64,000 nt of DNA from Candidatus Latescibacterota bacterium. Its GTDB lineage: Bacteria > Latescibacterota > CBDEFO01. Made by a program: the position numbers and the translations under genes. This document shows, one piece after another, positions 10,228 to 19,828 of the stretch (within the stretch, counting starts at the first letter, position 1; each line of letters begins with the position of its first letter). The notes beneath the pieces are model-generated. The model searched no databases, had not been told where the DNA came from, and saw only the letters and a list, made by a program, of their open reading frames with translations. Where the stretch lies: positions 2,784,001 to 2,848,000 of the forward strand of contig OZ252149.1 in the NCBI GenBank assembly GCA_965248755.1, in the 5' to 3' direction.

Positions 10228-10317
10228 GGCTAACGTTCCCGTGTTTGTGAAGTGGTCGAAGGCGGGTTGCCGAAGGCCAAGGCGCATATGCACCAATGCG
10301 TGAGCCAGCTGTTAAGC
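10228..10317 (-). mobile_element. Degenerate attC-like site
   Basis: On the minus strand GCTTAAC (10317-10311) ... GTTAGCC (10234-10228), downstream of the 10438-11169 gene; arms pair poorly. Confidence 0.45.
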
Positions 10318-10437
10318 GTTGTGTTGCTTTTTGTAATCAGAAAAGCAAAAGGAAGTGGACATAACCTTCTCTGTTTTTTAGCCGATGTGCTAAGTCTTAT
10401 CAGGGTTGTCAGGCTCTTTGTTAAGGGAGACTGTATG

Positions 10438-11169
10438 TCATACGAATTGGACGACATCATCCAAGAAAGGGATCACCTGGTGAATGTGCATGAATCCACC
10501 AATCACTTTCTGCCCGTTCATATTGGCATCAGATGACATGACATAATTGCTCCAACGTGGCGGATTCTGTGGATCGATCTGGGGCTGACCTTTTCTTGGA
10601 CTCGACGGTATTGGAGTAATATTGAATTTGTTCGAATGAAAGCATCCATTTCTCAGGTGTCTGAAGAACTGAAGCATTGGATCCCAGTTGCGAGAATCCC
10701 TACCATGCTTCGAAATGAAAAGACTCTTATTTTGTTCAAATGCACCGCCTACGAGATAAGCTGTTAGTGTCTTGAAACGATCAGTTGGATCAGAGCTAGT
10801 CCAGGTGGTTCGTCCCGGAGCAGTGCCGTCTGCGCTCACTGCATCATCAGAGACCAGTTCATAATGAATACTCGTTAGTACAGACGTTTCTTGACCAGTT
10901 ATGAACAGGTGAATCTTGTTTGCTTCATGCAATTCAAGAACCTCCGTCGAGCTAGCAGAGCTTAGCCCAATTATGGGCGTCATGCTATGGTCGTTGACGC
11001 AGCCTTTAATGTTTGTGCTGCTTGACTCCACCATTTTATTGACGACATTTACGAGGTCGCGAATGGTACGGTTGGCGGCTGCAAGCATTAGCGAACCCAT
11101 ATTCGCAACGACCATCTGAGCAAATTGGTTAATCTCATCAAAGTATGGATGATCATCGTTAACAGTCAT
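10438..11169 (-). CDS. Hypothetical protein with HEPN-like RNxxxH motif
   Basis: 243-aa ORF containing FFRHLRNGCFH; flanked by GTTRRRY-type cores. Confidence 0.7.
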   Translation of the reverse strand: MTVNDDHPYFDEINQFAQMVVANMGSLMLAAANRTIRDLVNVVNKMVESSSTNIKGCVNDHSMTPIIGLSSASSTEVLELHEANKIHLFITGQETSVLTSIHYELVSDDAVSADGTAPGRTTWTSSDPTDRFKTLTAYLVGGAFEQNKSLFISKHGRDSRNWDPMLQFFRHLRNGCFHSNKFNITPIPSSPRKGQPQIDPQNPPRWSNYVMSSDANMNGQKVIGGFMHIHQVIPFLDDVVQFV

Positions 11170-11258
11170 AATTTGGCCCTTCGTAGTACTTAGGGCACAG
11201 AGGTATTCTGAGGATTTGCTCCTTTATACTGTTTCCATCGCACAAAAAGCAACATTGC

Positions 11259-11330
11259 ACCTAACGTATTATATCCAAACTATTTCGTATATCTTTCCAT
11301 TTCAGCGCGCTATCCGAAGATCCCTCTGTG
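11259..11330 (-). mobile_element. attC-like remnant ending in a perfect core GTTAGGT; related copy at about 13780-13860
   Basis: AACTATTTC..ATATCTTTCCATTTC...CGAAG occurs at both places; each lies just downstream of an aroK copy. Confidence 0.5.
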
Positions 11331-11353
11331 CCAAAGACCGACTTACTTTGTTT

Positions 11354-11570
11354 TTATAACCTACCAATAATCTCGTCCGCTATCCTGTCCGGTGGAGTTT
11401 GGTTATTCGATTCTACGATAATATCCGCCGTTCTGTAGAACTTCTCCCTTTCTTGGAGCATCCGCCTTATTTTATCTAATTTTCCACTTTCATCCAATCC
11501 AGATAGCAAGGGCCGGGTATCATCATCTTTTACCCTATCCAGGATCGTCTCAGGTGAAGAAGAGATGTAG
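11354..11570 (-). pseudogene. aroK: 3' fragment of a second shikimate kinase
   Basis: 71 aa align to the C-terminus of the intact AroK (54/71 identical by manual count); the P-loop is missing. Confidence 0.88.
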
Positions 11571-11602
11571 GCGCACACGGTCGTGTTAGCCCGTTAATCT
11601 GT

Positions 11603-12058
11603 CTATAACCTTCCCTCTTCAAGGTCATATACGTCAAACCAGACGTAAACCGGTCGGTGTTTGGGAACTTGCTCCTGGATGTATGTCTCCAAATATTCCT
11701 GGGACTTGTCGGACATCTCACCGAGCCGCATATCCCGCATCTTATTGTTCCAGCGGATAATTTTCATCCTGTCTTTGACTTTCGATTTGGCGTTGACCCA
11801 TTCGGCAACTTCTTCATCTGTGGCTCCCGTAGCCACGAATTCTTTCAATTCCTCATGATCTATCCCTGTAAAAGGCTCAAACTGGCTGCACAGTGAGCAG
11901 GGCCAGAAATTATACTCGCCATTGATCCCCAGAAGGAACGCCCGGCACTTATCCAGACAACGTGCCAAAATCACATAGCCTCCCAACATATCGCGGGGGC
12001 TCCTCGGATATCCCTTCCTCAAATCCCTGGCCAGAAGTTTCAGTTTGTCCATACTCAT
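11603..12058 (-). CDS. DUF5069-like protein
   Basis: DLRKGYPRSPRDMLGGYVILARCLDKCRA and C-terminal FDVYDLEEGR pattern. Confidence 0.75.
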   Translation of the reverse strand: MSMDKLKLLARDLRKGYPRSPRDMLGGYVILARCLDKCRAFLLGINGEYNFWPCSLCSQFEPFTGIDHEELKEFVATGATDEEVAEWVNAKSKVKDRMKIIRWNNKMRDMRLGEMSDKSQEYLETYIQEQVPKHRPVYVWFDVYDLEEGRL

Positions 12059-12103
12059 ATACTTATTATTCCTTCCAGAAAGCGTTGGTTGAGAAGGAAA
12101 CTA

Positions 12104-12206
12104 TTCTAACTATAAATCTCACCTGCCATAGGCGGCAGCTACTTCAAGGTACAGTACACAAACCCAAACGACAAGCCGTGCAGGATAGTTGCGCCCGTGG
12201 TTAGAT
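12104..12206 (-). mobile_element. attC-like site
   Basis: Minus strand ATCTAAC ... CCTGC/GCAGG ... GTTAGAA, between the SDR and DUF5069 genes. Confidence 0.5.
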
Positions 12207-12255
12207 ACAGCACAGAGCAGGCAGTTTCTATTGCTGATATTCGATTAAATGCAGA

Positions 12256-12855
12256 TTATTCTGCATTCCAGACCGTGAGCACCTGACCTGTCGCATCACC
12301 TTCCACACTTTCAACGTATGCTGCCCCTGCTTGCTCCAGAGTCACCTTACGGCTTCCTTTGGTTACGGGTCCGTCAACAATAAGTGCAGGGCTGACTGAA
12401 TTGATTCGTATCCCTCGGGGCATCACAGTGGACGCACTAAATACGAAGGAATTGATCGCTCCGTTAACCGTCCCCGTCACACAACTTTCAGGGGTTGGGA
12501 ATTGGGTCAGGAAGCCTGTGGTTAATGTGAACGAACCACCGTCATTGATGTAGTCCTTGCCTATGAGAACCAGATTTACTTGCCCCATCAGCTTCCGTCT
12601 GATACCGATATAAAACTTTTCTTCACTCAACTTCTCAAACGGGCCAAAGTGGCTGTCGTGTCCTCCAACTGTCGCTACAACCGCGTCAAACGAACCGACA
12701 GACTCATACATGTCCCGGATGGATTGATTATCCGTGTAGTCGAGGGTCAGATCACCTCTGGTGTGTCCGACTTTAATCACCTCATGTCGCGGTAACAGCA
12801 GTTCTACAACTTTGCTACCGATGTAACCTGAAGCTCCTACAGCAACGATTTTCAT
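12256..12855 (-). CDS. Short-chain dehydrogenase (short, about 200 aa type)
   Basis: VGASGYIG, KLMGQVNLV and GIRINSVSP motifs. Confidence 0.88.
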   Translation of the reverse strand: MKIVAVGASGYIGSKVVELLLPRHEVIKVGHTRGDLTLDYTDNQSIRDMYESVGSFDAVVATVGGHDSHFGPFEKLSEEKFYIGIRRKLMGQVNLVLIGKDYINDGGSFTLTTGFLTQFPTPESCVTGTVNGAINSFVFSASTVMPRGIRINSVSPALIVDGPVTKGSRKVTLEQAGAAYVESVEGDATGQVLTVWNAE

Positions 12856-12988
12856 AAGTTTCCTCCCGAATTGTTAAAGTAACATACCTTCGCCTAATCG
12901 CGATAAAAAAGCCAAGTCACATACCTATCGCACCACTCAAGGTCACAGGGTGTAGAGCCTCTCTCTTTGGGAGAATGGCCACGGTTGC

Positions 12989-13069
12989 TTATAACTTATT
13001 ATCGGTCACGAACCCACGTAGTGTGCTTGCGAAGGATGAACGGACAGAGCCGTGACCCAGGTGTTAGGG
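12989..13069 (-). mobile_element. attC-like site
   Basis: 14 bp after the HAD stop: CCCTAAC-acctg-GGTCACG ... CGTGACC-gataataa-GTTATAA, with complementary inner arms. Confidence 0.62.
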
Positions 13070-13083
13070 GCTTTTGCTCCTCT

Positions 13084-13755
13084 TTATGGCACTGTTAGAG
13101 ACTCGATCTGCGCTATTAAATCATGCAAAGGTAGATCGGCCAGAGAGCTCAATTGAAGATCAGCTTCTTCTATAGAAAGGTGCTTGGTTATAGAATTAGG
13201 CACGGACACGCAAAAGATTCCAGCGCTTTTAGCGGCTCGTATACCGTTCGGGGAATCCTCAAACACTATCGCTTCGTCAGCAGCGACAGCCAACGCCCCA
13301 AGGGCAAGCGTATAGAGCGCGGGATGTGGTTTCGTTTCGGTTACATCATCCCGGGTCTTTATGTCATCAAAGTAGTGCAGAAGATCTAAACGGGCTAAAT
13401 GAGGAATAACCCAATTTCTGGGAGAACTGGAAGCTAATCCAATCTTCAGGTTCAGTCGTCTGGCATCTTGCAGATAGCCTTCCACACCGGGTAATGTATG
13501 CTGATCCTGGAGTAGCTCTTGATTGCGCAATCGGAGTTTTGCTTTAATATCTTCCCGATCAATGGACGTACCTAACTGATCTTCTAAATGTTGGTAAGGA
13601 TCGAACGATGATGATGCTGTTCCAATACAAACAGACCAAGTAGATAATGAAAGCTTACAATCGAATTCTTGATATATCTCCTGCCACGATTGGAATATTG
13701 GAAGCTCGGTATCTAAAATAAGACCATCGAAATCGAATATCAGTGCTCTGATCAT
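13084..13755 (-). CDS. HAD family hydrolase (YhcW-like)
   Basis: FDFDGLILDTE, KPHP and FEDSPNG motifs. Confidence 0.92.
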   Translation of the reverse strand: MIRALIFDFDGLILDTELPIFQSWQEIYQEFDCKLSLSTWSVCIGTASSSFDPYQHLEDQLGTSIDREDIKAKLRLRNQELLQDQHTLPGVEGYLQDARRLNLKIGLASSSPRNWVIPHLARLDLLHYFDDIKTRDDVTETKPHPALYTLALGALAVAADEAIVFEDSPNGIRAAKSAGIFCVSVPNSITKHLSIEEADLQLSSLADLPLHDLIAQIESLTVP

Positions 13756-13892
13756 TTCGTTATCTCTTACTAAATGGCTGCTAATTCGTTTACACGTGAA
13801 CTATTTCTCATATCTTTCCATTTCGGTCTGATATTCGAAGTTCGGATATATATCTTTGTGGCTGAAAAAGTAACATCGCTCTGTTCTCCCCC

Positions 13893-14435
13893 TCATCTTT
13901 GACCCTTCTGCTTTTTCGATAACCTATCAATGATCTGGTCAGCTTTCCTGCCAGGGGAAGTCTCGTCGTTAGATTCTACTATAATGTCCGCCATCCTGTA
14001 GAACTTCTCTCTCTGTTCCAGCATCCGTCTTATCTTGTCCAGCTTTCCCTTTTCATCCAGTCCAGATAGCAGAGGTCGGTGATCGTGATCCCTTACTCTC
14101 TCTACAATAGTCTCCGGTGAAGAAGACAGATAGACGCTTATCCCTGACTTTGAGATCGCTGCTCTATTCCTCTGGTGAACAATAGCTCCACCGCCCAGAG
14201 AGACGATAGCTCCCGAAAGGGAACACGCCTTCTTCACACAATCGTGCTCCACATCTCTGAAGTAGCCCTCGCCGTCCTCTTCAAAGATCTCGGGAATTGT
14301 CCTTTTCTCCATCTCCTCGATCATATCGTCTGTGTCCAGGAATTTTATCCCCAGTTTCTTGGAAAGAGCCAGGCCGACCTTTGTCTTACCCGCACCCATA
14401 AACCCCGTTAGAAATATATTCTGCCCTTTACACAT
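13893..14435 (-). CDS. aroK: Shikimate kinase
   Basis: GFMGAGKT P-loop, DTD, SLGGG and RPLL motifs; start placed at MCKG, overlapping the aroC stop. Confidence 0.95.
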   Translation of the reverse strand: MCKGQNIFLTGFMGAGKTKVGLALSKKLGIKFLDTDDMIEEMEKRTIPEIFEEDGEGYFRDVEHDCVKKACSLSGAIVSLGGGAIVHQRNRAAISKSGISVYLSSSPETIVERVRDHDHRPLLSGLDEKGKLDKIRRMLEQREKFYRMADIIVESNDETSPGRKADQIIDRLSKKQKGQR

Positions 14436-15603
14436 TGTAGCTCTGGACATAAGCTTCGTAGTTGTGTCGGACCTCCTGCATGCTGTCCCCACCGAACTTC
14501 TCCAGAAAGGCGTCCGCAAGTACAAAGGCGACTACTGCCTCGCCGATAACGGACGCCGCCGGGACGGCGCATACGTCGCTCCTTTCTACGTGAGCTAAGA
14601 CTTTCTCCTTGGTCTCCATGTTCACGGACTCAAGCGGCCTCATTAAGGTGGAAATCGGCTTCTTAGCCACTCTGACGATCAGCGGCTCTCCGTTTGTCAT
14701 TCCGCCCTCCAGGCCCCCTGCGTTGTTCGACTTTCTGTAGTAGCCCTTCGCAGTGGTCGTACCACCGTCGCCGTAGGCTATCTCATCGTGAACCTGTGAA
14801 CCCTTTCTGCGGGCGCAGTCGAAGCCCAAGCCTATCTCCACTCCCTTCATAGCCTGAATACTCATCAGCGCCTGAGCCAGTCTTCCATCCAGTTTCCTGT
14901 CCCAGTGAACGTGACTTCCCAGTCCTACAGGGAGTCCTGTTACAACCACCTCGAAAATTCCCCCTGCGGAATCCCCCGCATTTTTAGCTTCATCTATCTT
15001 TTCTATCATCTTCTTTTCAATCTCGGGGTCTACGCATCTGACCGGAGACTTATCTATCTTTTCGTTGGAAAGCTCTTTTAAAGCTTCAATGCTGAGTCTA
15101 TCTCCCTCCACACCTCCGATACAGGTCACGTGGCTCTTGATCTCTATGCCGAACTCCTCCAACAGCTTCCTTGCGACAGTCCCTATGGATACCCTCGTGG
15201 CCGTCTCCCTTGCGCTAGACCTTTCCAGCACATTCCTAATATCCACATGTCCGTATTTGATCGAACCTGCAAGGTCGGCGTGGCCTGGCCTCGGTATCTG
15301 CACGGGCGTTACGTTTTCTCCACTTCCCTCAACGCTCATCCTTTCTGTCCAGTTTTCCCAATCCTTATTCTCTATCAAAAGGGCGATAGGCCCTCCCAAG
15401 GTCTTCCCGAATCTCACACCCGAAAGTATCTTTGCCCTGTCGGATTCTATCTTCATCCTCCGGCCGCGTCCGTAGCCCTGTTGTCTCCTCCAGAGTTGAT
15501 GCGCAATATAATCCTCACTTATCTCCAGCCCTGAGGGCATGCCCTCCAGGATGCCTATCAGACCCTGACCGTGAGATTCTCCTGCTGTAAGGTGGCGAAG
15601 CAT
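14428..15603 (-). CDS. aroC: Chorismate synthase
   Basis: [21 protein letters not shown] and [13 protein letters not shown] motifs. Confidence 0.98.
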   Translation of the reverse strand: MLRHLTAGESHGQGLIGILEGMPSGLEISEDYIAHQLWRRQQGYGRGRRMKIESDRAKILSGVRFGKTLGGPIALLIENKDWENWTERMSVEGSGENVTPVQIPRPGHADLAGSIKYGHVDIRNVLERSSARETATRVSIGTVARKLLEEFGIEIKSHVTCIGGVEGDRLSIEALKELSNEKIDKSPVRCVDPEIEKKMIEKIDEAKNAGDSAGGIFEVVVTGLPVGLGSHVHWDRKLDGRLAQALMSIQAMKGVEIGLGFDCARRKGSQVHDEIAYGDGGTTTAKGYYRKSNNAGGLEGGMTNGEPLIVRVAKKPISTLMRPLESVNMETKEKVLAHVERSDVCAVPAASVIGEAVVAFVLADAFLEKFGGDSMQEVRHNYEAYVQSYNV

Positions 15604-15659
15604 GTACTGCTCCTTCCTGATAAACAAGCAGACAGCATGGAGGCAAAGGCAGTCTGAAT

Positions 15660-15687
15660 GAGATTGCTGCGCTCCGCTCGCAATGAC
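15660..15687 (+). repeat. Dispersed palindromic repeat family B (GAGATTGC...CGCAATGAC)
   Basis: Related copies at 52225-52251 and, inverted and interrupted, at 32878-32938. Confidence 0.7.
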
Positions 15688-15717
15688 GGTTTGGGGGGAA
15701 CCACCCTGTCTACTTTT

Positions 15718-17418
15718 TCACATTCTCTCCGGTTTCTTCATCCCCAAGAGCCCTAAGGCGCTCCCTATGACGACCTTTGCAGAATACACAAGAGCGATTC
15801 TGGCCTTTGTCAACTCTGCATCGTCGCCTAAAACTCTGCAATTGTTGTAAAACTTATTCGCTGCCGTAGCCACATCTGTGAGGTGTCCGGCGACTATAGA
15901 CGGCTCATACGCCTCGGCGGCGGCCATCACGATCTGAGGGAATCTTTCCAGAAGCTTGATAAGGTCTGCTTCGGTCTCATGCGTCAGAAGCCCTGCCTCA
16001 AGCTCCTTTTCCATCTCTTTGCCGTACTTCGTCAGGACACTGCACAGCCTTGCGTGGGTGTACTGCATGTACGGCCCTGTCTCGCCGTCAAAGTTGAGCG
16101 CTCTGTCCCAGTCAAAAACCACGTTTTTTGTCCGCCTGCTGGACAGATCTGCAAATATCACAGCCCCGATCCCCACGTCCCTTGCTACACCCTCCTTGTC
16201 CTCAAGATCAGGGTTCTTCTCCTCTATTATCTCCCCTGTGAACTCCACAGCGCCATTCAGCACATCCTCCAAGAATACTACGTTCCCCTGCCGAGTGGCG
16301 ATCTTTCCCTCCTTAAAGCTCATAATTCCGAACGGAACGTGGACGCACCTTTCTACCCAATCCATTCCCATCAACTCCAGGGCCTTGAACAGTTGCCTGA
16401 AGTGGAGACTCTGGCCTACATCTGTCGTATAGATCAGCTTATCGAAATTGTACTCCTTAAATCTGTACAATGCAGCGGCCAAGTCCCTGCTGTGATATAT
16501 GCTCGTCCCGTCGCTCTTCCTCAGAATAAGTGGAGGCATGTCATATTCGCTCAAATCCACTATCAGAGCTCCCTCGCTTTCGGTCGCAATGCCCACGTCC
16601 AGGGCCTTCTGGACTGTCTCATCTATCATTTCTACGTAGAAACTTTCTCCCGCGTACGAGTCGAAGTCCACGTCCAGAGCCTGGTAAATCCTCTTAAACT
16701 CCTTTAGACTCTCATCCCTGAACCATCTCCACAATTCTACTGCCTCATTGTCCCCCTGCTCGAGCCTTTGAGACCATTCATTAGCTTCTTTACCCAGAGA
16801 ATCGTCCTTCTTTGCCTCCTCCTGATATTTCACATAGAGCTTGAAAAGCTCTGCCATGGTCTCTACTTCAACCTTTTCTCTATCGCCCCATCTTTTATAC
16901 GCAGCGATAATCTGGGTAAAATTAGTCCCCCAGTCCCCCAGATGATTCACTCCAATACAATTATAGCCCAAGAATTCGTAAATCTTCTTTATGGAATTCC
17001 CTATGGCTGTGGATCTCAGGTGTGCTATATGAAAGGGTTTCGCTATGTTGGGCGAGGAATAGTCTATCACTACAGTCTTGCCGAGACCCTCACCGCTCCT
17101 GCCGTAATCTTCTCCCTCGTTTAAGATCCTGTTTAAGACATACCGGGTAAGCTCCGTCTTGTCGACGAAAAAATTCAGATATGGCCCGGCGCTCCTGATC
17201 TGGGTTACATATCTGATCCCCTTGATCTTGCCCGATAGCCCGTTAGCTATTTCTACCGGATTCTTCTTAAACTCTTTTGCCAGTAAAAAACACGGGAAAG
17301 CGTAATCGCCCATCTTCCCGTCCGGAGGAATTTCCAATGCTCCTTGAACCTTACGTCTGTCGATATTTGCTTCTTTACTTATAACATCAGCTATTTCGTC
17401 TATGAACGGATTTATCAA
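15718..17418 (-). CDS. argS: Arginine--tRNA ligase
   Basis: DYSSPNIAKPFHIAHLRS (HIGH-like), NHLGDWG, GPYMQYTHAR and C-terminal ERM. Confidence 0.97.
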   Translation of the reverse strand: MINPFIDEIADVISKEANIDRRKVQGALEIPPDGKMGDYAFPCFLLAKEFKKNPVEIANGLSGKIKGIRYVTQIRSAGPYLNFFVDKTELTRYVLNRILNEGEDYGRSGEGLGKTVVIDYSSPNIAKPFHIAHLRSTAIGNSIKKIYEFLGYNCIGVNHLGDWGTNFTQIIAAYKRWGDREKVEVETMAELFKLYVKYQEEAKKDDSLGKEANEWSQRLEQGDNEAVELWRWFRDESLKEFKRIYQALDVDFDSYAGESFYVEMIDETVQKALDVGIATESEGALIVDLSEYDMPPLILRKSDGTSIYHSRDLAAALYRFKEYNFDKLIYTTDVGQSLHFRQLFKALELMGMDWVERCVHVPFGIMSFKEGKIATRQGNVVFLEDVLNGAVEFTGEIIEEKNPDLEDKEGVARDVGIGAVIFADLSSRRTKNVVFDWDRALNFDGETGPYMQYTHARLCSVLTKYGKEMEKELEAGLLTHETEADLIKLLERFPQIVMAAAEAYEPSIVAGHLTDVATAANKFYNNCRVLGDDAELTKARIALVYSAKVVIGSALGLLGMKKPERM

Positions 17419-17425
17419 GAACGTC

Positions 17426-18031
17426 TCACCTTTTCAAGTATTCAACCAGATCGTTTATCGAGATAACTCTGATATCATACCTGCCTGCAAATTGAACTAA
17501 TTCGTCTAATGTAGCCATACCTCCATCTTCATCCAGGATCTCGCATATTACGGCTGCAGGATATAAACCGGCCCCAATAGATAGATCGACTGCCGCTTCG
17601 GTATGACCCGGTCTTTTTAGTACGCCACCCTCTTCATACCTTAAAGGAAACATGTGACCCGGTCTTAGCAGGTCTTCCGGGGTCGTATCTGGATCTAAAA
17701 CGGCCTTAATTGTCCTTGCTCTATCGTAAGCTGATACCCCTGTCGTTGTGCCCTTTTTTGCATCGATTGACACCGTAAATGCACATCTTGTTATCTCGGT
17801 ATTCTCCTTGACCATTTGAGGAATCTTTAATTCATGAAGTCGTTTCCCCGTTATGGCCAGACAAAGGAGACCGCGGGCATATCTGAGCATGAAATTTATC
17901 TTTTCCGGAGTGGCCTTCTCTGCCGCTATTACCAAGTCACCTTCATTTTCTCGCTTTTCATCATCTACTACTATGACGAATTTCCCCGCTTTGATGTATT
18001 CTATTGCTTCGTTGATAGTCCAAAATGACAT
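17426..18031 (-). CDS. ribB: 3,4-dihydroxy-2-butanone-4-phosphate synthase (stand-alone)
   Basis: VVDDEKRENEGDL, TTTGVSAYDR and GHTEAAVDL motifs. Confidence 0.96.
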   Translation of the reverse strand: MSFWTINEAIEYIKAGKFVIVVDDEKRENEGDLVIAAEKATPEKINFMLRYARGLLCLAITGKRLHELKIPQMVKENTEITRCAFTVSIDAKKGTTTGVSAYDRARTIKAVLDPDTTPEDLLRPGHMFPLRYEEGGVLKRPGHTEAAVDLSIGAGLYPAAVICEILDEDGGMATLDELVQFAGRYDIRVISINDLVEYLKR

Positions 18032-18109
18032 TTGTTACCTTTAACTGAATCCTGGATATGCGGTATTTGCGCAGCAGTGTGCTTTCAGATAAGGCATTAC
18101 ACAGACTCC

Positions 18110-18817
18110 TTACTCCTCCTTTACGCCGCAGTATAGGCTCACAATCCCGAACGTAAGGCGCTTTTCCTCCAAATCTTTGAATCCCGCCTGCTCCATATAA
18201 CGCAAGAATTCGTCTCCCTGGGCAAATTGCGTCGTGGAATCGTAGAGGTAGCGATAGGCCTGCGGATCTCCTGAAACGAGGCCCCCTATAGTGGTAAGAA
18301 CGTACTTAAAATACAAAAAATACGCTGCCTTGAGAATTGGTATCGTCGGTCTTGAGAACTCTAACACCACAGATCTCCCGCTCGACCTTAAGACTCTGTA
18401 GATCTCCCCCAAACTCCTGTCTAGATCCACAACGTTCCTAACACCGAACCCCACTATCATCCCGTCGAAAGTGTCATTTCCAAAGGGCAGTTGCCCTGCG
18501 TCTGCGCAAACCAAAGAGAGTGTTTTTTCATATCCCTTTGTATGAAATTTCTCGGCGCACAGCTTCAGCATTTCTTGTGCGGCGTCCACGCCTACTATAT
18601 TCGTCAAAGTTCCCTTTCTTACGACTGCTAACCCCATATCTCCCGTCCCGACGCACAGATCTAGAATTCTCTCTTTCTCTTTTATCTCTAAGAGCTTTGC
18701 GGCAGAATTTCTCCAGTAAAGATCGAGGCCGAAGCTCAGCAATCTATTTAAAAGATCGTAGGTCTTCGATATCCTCTTGAACATACCTGTGATGGAGTTC
18801 TGATCTTCCCTTTTCAC
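18110..18817 (-). CDS. menG: Demethylmenaquinone methyltransferase (UbiE/MenG)
   Basis: YDLLNRLLSFGLD, LDLCVGTGD, FGVRNV and LEFS motifs. Confidence 0.92.
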   Translation of the reverse strand: MKREDQNSITGMFKRISKTYDLLNRLLSFGLDLYWRNSAAKLLEIKEKERILDLCVGTGDMGLAVVRKGTLTNIVGVDAAQEMLKLCAEKFHTKGYEKTLSLVCADAGQLPFGNDTFDGMIVGFGVRNVVDLDRSLGEIYRVLRSSGRSVVLEFSRPTIPILKAAYFLYFKYVLTTIGGLVSGDPQAYRYLYDSTTQFAQGDEFLRYMEQAGFKDLEEKRLTFGIVSLYCGVKEE

Positions 18818-19674
18818 TTAAATCGCTCTATAAGGCTTCTCTTCATCACGTCAGTCGGAGGTTCTATGCCCGTCCATATCTGGAAAGACCTTGCCCCCTG
18901 AAGAACCAGCATGTCCAGCCCGCCTATGACCTTGGCTCCTCGTGATTTGGCCTCGGACATCAGTTTCGTCTCCGCTGGGTTCGGCACAGAATCAAAGACC
19001 ACCAGGCGGCTGTGGAAGCCTGAACCGTCGCAGAGGGGAGAGGCATCCACATTAGGATGCATGCCCACAGAGGTCACATTGATTAACAACTCACAGTCTT
19101 TCAGTTCATCCTTTAGAACCTGGCTCTGTAGCACGTTGCTCCTTATCCCCTTTCCCCGATTGGAGAACTCATCTTTTAACTTTTCGGCCTTTTCGGCCGT
19201 TCGATTTAGTATCAGAATCTCTTCGACCTCGTCCACTGTCGTCAGTCCATAGATGACAGCCCTTGCGGCTCCACCTGCACCTAATACTACGACTTTAGGC
19301 GCAAAACAGCCTTTGCCCCCCTCTCTCCTCAAAGATTCAAGGAATCCGTAGACATCGGTATTATGGCCTGTAAGCTTCCCATCCGTGTTAGCTATAGTAT
19401 TAACCGCGCCTACAGCTTGGGCTTCCTGTGAAATCTCGTCCAGAAACTCCATAACTGCCATCTTATGTGGTATCGTTACATTGGTTCCGCCCATACCAAG
19501 GCCTCTTATTCCTCGTACAGTATCCTCAACGTTCTCTGGCAATACATCAAATGCGACGTAGCACCAGTCAATCCCCAAAGCCTCAATAGCCGCATTGTGC
19601 ATAGCTGGAGAGAGCGAATGACTTATAGGGTGTCCGATGACGGCAAGGAGCTTGGTGTTGCTCGTAATCTTCAA
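18814..19674 (-). CDS. aroE: Shikimate dehydrogenase
   Basis: GHPISHSLSPAMHN, NVTIPHK, GAVNT, NTD and GAGGAARA motifs. Confidence 0.97.
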   Translation of the reverse strand: MKITSNTKLLAVIGHPISHSLSPAMHNAAIEALGIDWCYVAFDVLPENVEDTVRGIRGLGMGGTNVTIPHKMAVMEFLDEISQEAQAVGAVNTIANTDGKLTGHNTDVYGFLESLRREGGKGCFAPKVVVLGAGGAARAVIYGLTTVDEVEEILILNRTAEKAEKLKDEFSNRGKGIRSNVLQSQVLKDELKDCELLINVTSVGMHPNVDASPLCDGSGFHSRLVVFDSVPNPAETKLMSEAKSRGAKVIGGLDMLVLQGARSFQIWTGIEPPTDVMKRSLIERFK

Positions 19675-19679
19675 GAGCT

Positions 19680-19826
19680 TTACTGCCCTCCCAGGAGATC
19701 GGCTATGAATTGATCTGCAATCTCAAAGCTCTCCCGCCATGAACACTTATAGGCGTACTTGATCAGCACTATTCCGCCCAGGAGGATAAACGCTATGAAA
19801 ATTAGAAACTGAAAAAGAGCTCTCAT
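19680..19826 (-). CDS. Small 48-aa single-TM protein
   Basis: MRALFQFLIFIAFILLGGIVLIKYAYKCSWRESFEIADQFIADLLGGQ; AGGAG RBS; fills the aroA-aroE gap. Confidence 0.65.
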   Translation of the reverse strand: MRALFQFLIFIAFILLGGIVLIKYAYKCSWRESFEIADQFIADLLGGQ

Positions 19827-19828
19827 CG

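Noticed and set aside
13893..14525. Extended N-termini given by the ORF track (aroK here; also the ORFs listed as 5937-7283, 24996-25322, 28622-29536, 40093-41079 and 57632-58495)
   Set aside because: The extensions overlap neighbouring genes, promoters or repeats; downstream starts with an RBS or translational coupling fit better.
15883..16707. 274-aa plus-strand ORF
   Set aside because: Antisense to argS with no recognisable motifs.
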